This document shows positions 27,652 to 32,643 of a stretch of DNA of 32,643 bases, in pieces. The stretch is taken from IMG/VR virus record IMGVR_UViG_2740892229_000018, positions 1 through 32,643 of that record; one strand, given 5' to 3'. Under the pieces are notes generated by a model. It did not search any database, was not told the DNA's origin, and saw only the letters and a list, made by a program, of their open reading frames with translations. This stretch comes from a virus. Lineage: Duplodnaviria; Heunggongvirae; Uroviricota; Caudoviricetes. The translations under genes and the position numbers were made by a program. Position 1 is the first letter of the stretch; every line of letters starts with the position of its first letter.

Positions 27652-28058
27652 TCGTACCTCCTGTCGGTAAATCTGACACCCTGACCAATAGCCCAAGCTG
27701 TTGTGTACTCGATAAGACTTGCCATACGCTTCACACTCATCTGCGCGCTGCTTTCGCGAATGTTGACGTATTCGCCTTCAAGCCCAGGCAAAACATCAGC
27801 TTCCTGTTTTGTTGCCACTGCATGACCGCTGATCAACAAAACCTTCCATTGTTCCGGTTTTAACCATTTTCCGCACCATTGAACCTGACGTGCGATATCC
27901 GCCAGCATCGCGTGAAATTTTGCGTTCTGGTCAAGGTTGCGCTTGTAGTCAGTAATGCGGATGGTGACTGGCTTGTCTTTATCGAGTGGTGTTGCGAGGA
28001 TGGCATTTATTGCAGCTTGCTGTTGTTGCTTAGTTCGGAGGAAGATTGTTTGCTTCAC
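27648..28058 (-). CDS. ninB: NinB (recombination mediator), P22-like variant
   Basis: Complete 136-aa ORF homologous to NinB but clearly diverged from the lambda-type fragment on the other side of the gap. Confidence 0.8.
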   Translation of the reverse strand: MKQTIFLRTKQQQQAAINAILATPLDKDKPVTIRITDYKRNLDQNAKFHAMLADIARQVQWCGKWLKPEQWKVLLISGHAVATKQEADVLPGLEGEYVNIRESSAQMSVKRMASLIEYTTAWAIGQGVRFTDRRYE

Positions 28059-28069
28059 TGAATACTCCT

Positions 28070-28261
28070 TTATTTTTTATGCCTGTAACCCCATTCTTCC
28101 AGCAACCTTGCGGCGTACCACCCAAGAAACAAAGGAAAGAACATTACAATGAGATATTCCCCGCCACGGTCAATGTTCGAAATTGACCAGATTACGATGT
28201 AACCAGTGCAGGACAGGAATATTACAAACCCCAAAAAGCTACTTCGTCGACTCATGCTCAC
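28070..28261 (-). CDS. hypothetical small membrane protein
   Basis: 63 aa with two predicted TM helices (FLGFVIFLSCTGYIVIWSI; LIVMFFPLFLGWYAA). Confidence 0.4.
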   Translation of the reverse strand: MSMSRRSSFLGFVIFLSCTGYIVIWSISNIDRGGEYLIVMFFPLFLGWYAARLLEEWGYRHKK

Positions 28262-28572
28262 TCCTTCACTTTTATTCCAGCGGCGCGGATGTTTTCCTCA
28301 TAAGCATCCATTGCATCACCGAAGCCATTGGAATAATCAACAGTAAACCCTTTGGCTAATGCTTCTCTGCTGTCGATAAACTTTGGCGCGATTATTTCAA
28401 TAGCTGCTCGCGATGCCTGCCATAAAGCCCACCACTCATTTAAGGAGTGACGAATATCCATGCTTGAAAATGCAAAGTACCTATCACCATTTCGTGCCTC
28501 GGTTATCATCTCGAATGGTAATCTCAATTTTTTGGCAACGTATTCCTCAAACTGCTTTCTTGATTCGTCCAT
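28258..28572 (-). CDS. hypothetical protein
   Basis: 104-aa ORF, start/stop-coupled with neighbours; no recognised motif. Confidence 0.45.
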   Translation of the reverse strand: MDESRKQFEEYVAKKLRLPFEMITEARNGDRYFAFSSMDIRHSLNEWWALWQASRAAIEIIAPKFIDSREALAKGFTVDYSNGFGDAMDAYEENIRAAGIKVKE

Positions 28573-28589
28573 CGATACTTACCCTCAAT

Positions 28590-28796
28590 TCAACTAACAA
28601 AACGCCACGCCATTTTTGCTACGACAACAGGCATAACACCGATAATCACCCAGACAAATGCAGCGCCAAACAACGTATACCATGGGTCTTTACCGTCATT
28701 CACAAGACGAATGTAGCTATGCAGAACAATAAAAAACGTCAGAAGAATCCATCCAACGCCAACGCATTTGAATGCGACGAGCATAAACTCAGCCAC
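28590..28796 (-). CDS. hypothetical small membrane protein
   Basis: 68 aa with two hydrophobic helices. Confidence 0.4.
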   Translation of the reverse strand: MAEFMLVAFKCVGVGWILLTFFIVLHSYIRLVNDGKDPWYTLFGAAFVWVIIGVMPVVVAKMAWRFVS

Positions 28797-28810
28797 GATT
28801 TACTCTCCCC

Positions 28811-28843
28811 CAAATAAAAAGGCCTGCGATTACCAGCAGGCCT
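28811..28843 (-). terminator. rho-independent terminator after the helicase gene (tR2-like position)
   Basis: Minus-strand 8-bp stem aggcctgc/gcaggcct with 8-nt loop followed by TTTTTATTT. Confidence 0.55.
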
Positions 28844-28868
28844 GTTATTAGCTCAGTGATGTAGATGG

Positions 28869-30245
28869 TCATACGTCAGCCCCTTGTGCATATCGCCTGC
28901 CACGCGCAGCAGGTGCATTTGATGCTGTGCAAATCTGTCTGGCTTCATCCTGGTCACATGCAACAAAGTGTCCGTTGCAGAACCGCTGGTAAACCGTACC
29001 AAGTGAGCCAAAACGGTTTTTCGTCACGATGATTTCAGCAAATGGCGCGGCGCTACTGTTCTCGTCATATACCGCTTCCCGATAGAGCATGATGATTGAG
29101 TCTGCGTCCTGTTCAATGCTTCCTGAATCACGCAAATCTGCGTTTGTCGGGCGTTTGTTTGGTCGCTTCTCAACATCGCGCGAAAGCTGACTCAGGGAGA
29201 TAACAGGCGTTTTTAGGTCTTTCGCCATCGCCTTCAGGCTTCCGGAGATGTGAGCAATTGCAAGGTCGTTGCGGTCTGCTTTCGGCTTCTCAATCAGGCC
29301 AAGATAATCCGCCATGATGAGTGACAGGTTTGGATTTTCCTGTTTGTGCCGTTCTGCGATTGAGCGTATTTCTTCGACCGATAACCGCGAGGCATCGACT
29401 ACCCATACATCCAAATCTGCAAGCTGACTCATGCCGTTAGCAACACGTGCCCAGCCCTCGTCATCCATCGATGCAGGATTTCGCAGCACGCTAACCGACA
29501 TCCTCCCGGCGTTGGCAATACTTCGCTCTGCAATCTGCAATGCGCTCATTTCCATTGAGAAAATCAATACTCCGCGCCGGACGTCAGAACCAGGAATAAC
29601 GCGGCTTGCAACGCCTTCGGCAATCTTCAGCGCCAGTTCGGTTTTCCCCATACCAGGACGAGCAGCGATTATCACCAGGTCTTCCGCGTTCATCCCTCCG
29701 GTGATGGCATCAAGTTCTTCGATTCCGGTCTTCAGGGTATCGGACTCTTCTCCGTTCCTCAGACGCCTGTCAAGCGTGTCAGTGTAGTCAGTAATGATTT
29801 CCCCTAACCGTACAGGTTTTACCTCGTCACGGGGCTTTCTGATGGCTGAAAGACGCTTTACAAGTTCATCCATCGCCTGACTCGATGCGTCGATGGTTCC
29901 GCTCTGAATTGGTTCACGCATTTCATCCATGATTTCCAGCACCAGACGGCGGTGATAGTTATCCGCGACCATTCCGGCATATCCCTTCAGGTTTGCGGCA
30001 CTCGGGCAGTTTTTGCTGGTCATCAGGATTGACGTGAAATGCTCCTCTCCGCACGCCTCGGCAACCATCAGCGCGTCGATTAGGTTTCTGTTTCTCGCCT
30101 GCTTGCGGATAACCTCGAAGGCTTTCCGGTAGAGCGGAATTGAAAACGCTTCCGGCTCAAGCGTTGCCAGAACGTCGCTGGCGGTTGGCGTTAATCCACC
30201 AATCAGCAGACCGCCGATAACGCTCGCTTCGATATCCTGTCTCAT
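28869..30245 (-). CDS. replicative DNA helicase, DnaB family (P22 gene 12-like)
   Basis: 458 aa with Walker A ARPGMGKT and DnaB-like N-terminal domain; downstream of the initiator gene. Confidence 0.9.
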   Translation of the reverse strand: MRQDIEASVIGGLLIGGLTPTASDVLATLEPEAFSIPLYRKAFEVIRKQARNRNLIDALMVAEACGEEHFTSILMTSKNCPSAANLKGYAGMVADNYHRRLVLEIMDEMREPIQSGTIDASSQAMDELVKRLSAIRKPRDEVKPVRLGEIITDYTDTLDRRLRNGEESDTLKTGIEELDAITGGMNAEDLVIIAARPGMGKTELALKIAEGVASRVIPGSDVRRGVLIFSMEMSALQIAERSIANAGRMSVSVLRNPASMDDEGWARVANGMSQLADLDVWVVDASRLSVEEIRSIAERHKQENPNLSLIMADYLGLIEKPKADRNDLAIAHISGSLKAMAKDLKTPVISLSQLSRDVEKRPNKRPTNADLRDSGSIEQDADSIIMLYREAVYDENSSAAPFAEIIVTKNRFGSLGTVYQRFCNGHFVACDQDEARQICTASNAPAARGRRYAQGADV

Positions 30246-31063
30246 GCAATCCCCCTGTCTGCAAACTTCCCTTCACGAACTCCCGTTAACGAATCTTCTC
30301 TCAGCAGGTAATCAAAATCGGCCGTCCAGCCCGTGTCGTTGTCTCCGAAGTAAAACGGCTTGGCCTGATGCACAAACGCCCTGACATACGCCCTGAAACC
30401 GTCCACGTTTGGCGTTTTCAGTTGCGGGATGATTTTCTTCAGGCGGCGTTTGCGTTTCTCGTTGACCGCAACAGCGTGTGGAAGTCTGTCACCGACTTCG
30501 GTGTTGTAGGCGTTCAGGAAGGATTCGTAGTCGATTCGTTCTGCCTTGCGACGTTCAGGTTTAACCTGCCCATCGCCGCCCCCGTTAGGGGGTAAGGGGG
30601 TATTTGTATTTATTGTCTTTTGTATATTGTCTTTTGTGTTTAGCTGACTTGGCTTATACCCATTAGCCGACTTGGCTAATGTTTTATTAGCTGTTTTAGC
30701 TAATGTTAAGCTGTCCTGGCTAATCCACTGAGAAACCACCTTGTTCACTCCGATTTTCACGCCATCAGCAATGAGGAATTTACGCTCAATAAGCTGGCGC
30801 TTGGCAGCGCAAACATGAGTGTGATGAATACCTGTCATGGCTGCTATCTGCGTGTTTGTGAGTCGATCCATCGGCTTATTGAATCCGTATGTCTTGCGCA
30901 TGATAGCGAGCATCACCTTCAACTGCCGGACGGTTAAATCAGCCATCAGCAGACTGTCGGTAATCTCGTTAGCAACGCGCATGAAACCATCTTCGGTATC
31001 TGCCACGCGATGCTCCACGACCTCCAGTTGAGGCCTGTAATCAGCTAACTTAACGACGCCCAT
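30242..31063 (-). CDS. replication initiation protein (lambda O / P22 gene 18-like)
   Basis: 273 aa; origin iterons lie inside the central coding region as in lambda O; start overlaps the upstream small ORF. Confidence 0.8.
   Translation of the reverse strand: MGVVKLADYRPQLEVVEHRVADTEDGFMRVANEITDSLLMADLTVRQLKVMLAIMRKTYGFNKPMDRLTNTQIAAMTGIHHTHVCAAKRQLIERKFLIADGVKIGVNKVVSQWISQDSLTLAKTANKTLAKSANGYKPSQLNTKDNIQKTINTNTPLPPNGGGDGQVKPERRKAERIDYESFLNAYNTEVGDRLPHAVAVNEKRKRRLKKIIPQLKTPNVDGFRAYVRAFVHQAKPFYFGDNDTGWTADFDYLLREDSLTGVREGKFADRGIA
30600..30725. repeat. replication origin: four ~18-bp iterons plus AT-rich segment
   Basis: Direct repeats ttagctgacttggcttat (30640), ttagccgacttggctaat (30663), ttagctgttttagctaat (30687), ttaagctgtcctggctaat (30706); adjacent AT-rich stretch with two copies of ttgtcttttgt (30601-30639). 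Confidence 0.65.
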
Positions 31064-31211
31064 GTTTCACTCCTGCTTTGGCTAGTCTGTAAACACCAAC
31101 AAGGCGCTCTGCGAACGCCCTGTTATTTGCTGCGGCTACCACTAATCCCTCAGGTGAATCAGGGTGTCGAATCTCTTCTTTTTCCTGGTATTTCTTACGA
31201 CGTTTTGTCAT
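31050..31211 (-). CDS. hypothetical 53-aa basic protein between cII and the initiator gene
   Basis: [53 protein letters not shown] from ATG 31211 with AGGAG RBS 7 nt upstream; the RBS/start context looks like the lambda O start as remembered; below the ORF-track length cutoff. Confidence 0.35.
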   Translation of the reverse strand: MTKRRKKYQEKEEIRHPDSPEGLVVAAANNRAFAERLVGVYRLAKAGVKHGRR

Positions 31212-31243
31212 AATTACTCCTGTGGATTGATCCAGTAATGACC

Positions 31244-31537
31244 TCAGAATTCCATCTGGATTTGTTCAGAACGCTCGGTTGCCGCCGGGCGTTTTTTATT
31301 GGTGAGAATCGAAGCAACTTGTCGTGCCAATCGAGCCATGTCGTCGTCAACGACGCCCCATTCAAGAACAGCAAGCAGCATTGAGAACTTTGGAATCCAG
31401 TCCCTCTTCCACCTGCTGATCTGCGACTTATCAACTCCCACAGCTTCCGCTGTCTTCTCAGTTCCAAGCATTGCGATTTTGTTAAGCAACGCACTCTCGA
31501 TTCGTAGAGCCTCGTTGCGTTTGTTTGCACGAACCAT
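31244..31537 (-). CDS. cII: transcriptional activator CII
   Basis: 97 aa MVRANKRNEALRIESALLNKIAMLGTEKTAEAVGVDKSQISRWKRDWIPKF..., essentially lambda CII from memory. Confidence 0.93.
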   Translation of the reverse strand: MVRANKRNEALRIESALLNKIAMLGTEKTAEAVGVDKSQISRWKRDWIPKFSMLLAVLEWGVVDDDMARLARQVASILTNKKRPAATERSEQIQMEF

Positions 31538-31547
31538 ATGTAAGTAT
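31515..31547 (+). promoter_or_regulatory. pRE-like promoter with CII-binding site
   Basis: TTGC-N6-TTGC (31515-31528) with AAGTAT-like -10 about 31541-31546, antisense to the cII start and directed toward cI. Confidence 0.6.
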
Positions 31548-31613
31548 TTCCTTAGATAACAATTGATTGAATGTATGCAAATAAATGCATACACCATAGG
31601 TGTGGTTTAATTT

Positions 31614-31649
31614 GATGCCCTTTTTCAGGGAGGTGATGTGTAAGAGCGG
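31614..31649 (-). promoter_or_regulatory. nutR-like site (boxA + boxB)
   Basis: Minus-strand CGCTCTTA (boxA) then CCCTGAAAAAGGG (boxB hairpin), starting 9 nt after the cro stop. Confidence 0.65.
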
Positions 31650-31656
31650 GAATGTC

Positions 31657-31872
31657 TTAAGCGGCTTTGTGTTCCGGCGGGAACACGTCATCAAGACTGA
31701 CTTTTGCGCCTAACTTGTTTAGGCACTCAACAAGAGCACGGCATGTTTTAAGGTCTGGGAAGCGACGACCAGATTCCCAATGTCCGATAGCTCCCTGTGT
31801 GCATCCAACTGCCTTAGCAAGTGTTGTTTGAGAGATACTCAGTGACTCTCGATATTTTCGTAGGTTGCTCAT
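31657..31872 (-). CDS. cro: Cro-like HTH repressor (non-lambda immunity)
   Basis: 71 aa MSNLRKYRESLSISQTTLAKAVGCTQGAIGHWESGRR... with XRE-type HTH; GGAGG RBS; divergent from cI and upstream of nutR and cII. Confidence 0.75.
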   Translation of the reverse strand: MSNLRKYRESLSISQTTLAKAVGCTQGAIGHWESGRRFPDLKTCRALVECLNKLGAKVSLDDVFPPEHKAA

Positions 31873-31898
31873 ATGCCCTCCATAGTAACCATGAAACA

Positions 31899-31927
31899 AT
31901 AATACGATATGTACTTTTAGAATGCAA
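31899..31927 (-). promoter_or_regulatory. PR-like promoter for cro
   Basis: Minus-strand TTGCAT (31922-31927), 17-bp spacer, TATTAT (31899-31904), about 25 nt upstream of the cro ATG. Confidence 0.5.
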
Positions 31928-31983
31928 GCAAAAAATACATCTTGTGCATGGATGGTTTTAGTACAGAGCGTAATAATAAGGGT

Positions 31984-32643
31984 ATGAAAATGAAATGGTA
32001 TGAACTGGCTAGATCCAGAATGAAAGAGCTCGGCATAACTCAAGAGAAGTTAGCTGAAGAGCTTGGTATGACGCAGGGTGGAATTGGTCACTGGTTGCGC
32101 GGATCTCGTCATCCATCTCTTGACGAGATTGGTGTGGTGTTTAAATACCTTGGTATTGATAACGTCTCATTCAACCACGACGGTACATTTTCACCTGTTG
32201 GCGAATACTCATCTGCCCCCGTTAAAAAACAATATGAGTACCCTGTTTTTTCTCATGTTCAGGCAGGGATGTTCTCGCCTGAGCTTAGAACCTTTACCAA
32301 AGGTGATGCGGAGAGATGGGTCAGCACAACCAAAAAAGCCAGTGATTGTGCGTTTTGGCTTGAAGTTGAAGGTAATTCCATGACCGCGCCAACAGGCTCC
32401 AAGCCAAGCTTTCCTGACGGAATGTTAATTCTCGTTGACCCCGAGCAGGCTGTTGAGCCAGGTGATTTCTGCATAGCCAGACTTGGTGGTGACGAGTTTA
32501 CCTTCAAGAAACTGATCAGGGATAGCGGTCAGGTGTTCCTACAGCCACTAAACCCGCAATATCCAATGATTCCATGCAATGATAGCTGTTCCGTAGTAGG
32601 GAAAGTTATCGCCAGCCAGTGGCCTGAAGAGACATTTAGTTAA
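31984..32643 (+). CDS. cI: CI-type prophage repressor (HTH plus S24 LexA-like autopeptidase domain)
   Basis: N-terminal [23 protein letters not shown]; C-terminal domain with GNSM and ending [16 protein letters not shown] like lambda CI as I recall; start at 31984 or 31990; stop codon is the last triplet of the window. Confidence 0.85.
   Translation: MKMKWYELARSRMKELGITQEKLAEELGMTQGGIGHWLRGSRHPSLDEIGVVFKYLGIDNVSFNHDGTFSPVGEYSSAPVKKQYEYPVFSHVQAGMFSPELRTFTKGDAERWVSTTKKASDCAFWLEVEGNSMTAPTGSKPSFPDGMLILVDPEQAVEPGDFCIARLGGDEFTFKKLIRDSGQVFLQPLNPQYPMIPCNDSCSVVGKVIASQWPEETFS

Noticed and set aside
31195-31530. Minus-strand 111-aa ORF overlapping cII in another frame
   Set aside because: cII in the other frame matches lambda CII nearly exactly; the overlapping frame is a by-product.
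1-32643. CRISPR array, IS element or transposase, rRNA, integron
   Set aside because: No spaced direct-repeat array, no transposase-like ORF or terminal inverted repeats, and no rRNA-like sequence were seen; the only repeats are the ori iterons and the duplicated ninB-ninE junction.

Overview
The window holds the chromosomal genes yfdC (1-933) and tRNA-Arg(CCU) argW (1009-1083), followed by about 31.5 kb of a P22/Sf6-like lambdoid podovirus prophage integrated at argW. It appears intact over this stretch. All identity claims are from reading the ORF translations and DNA motifs and from memory of reference proteins (lambda Q and CII, P22 Arc and Mnt, P21 endolysin, K-12 YfdC and IntS); no database search was run. 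Gene order: IntS-type integrase (+), then on the minus strand tailspike, immI (ant, arc, divergent mnt, with P22-like operators and a candidate sar antisense RNA), a three-gene cargo at the sieA-equivalent position, ejection proteins (gp16/20/7-like), tail needle, gp10/gp4-like, coat, scaffold, portal, terminase, Gp49-like, Rha, lysis cassette, lambda-type pR' and Q, a nin region, DnaB-type helicase, an O/gp18-like initiator with internal ori iterons, lambda-type cII/pRE/nutR, a non-lambda cro, and a chimeric cI on the plus strand. Excisionase and attR must lie beyond the right edge. Main caveat: a 10-N scaffold gap at 27603-27612 sits inside a duplicated, diverged ninB-ninE junction, so the two sides may not be contiguous in the real genome. 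The best candidate for an undescribed system is the cargo at 6379-7457 (YjzC-like small protein, 121-aa HExxH protein, coiled-coil lipoprotein). No CRISPR array, IS element or rRNA was seen.
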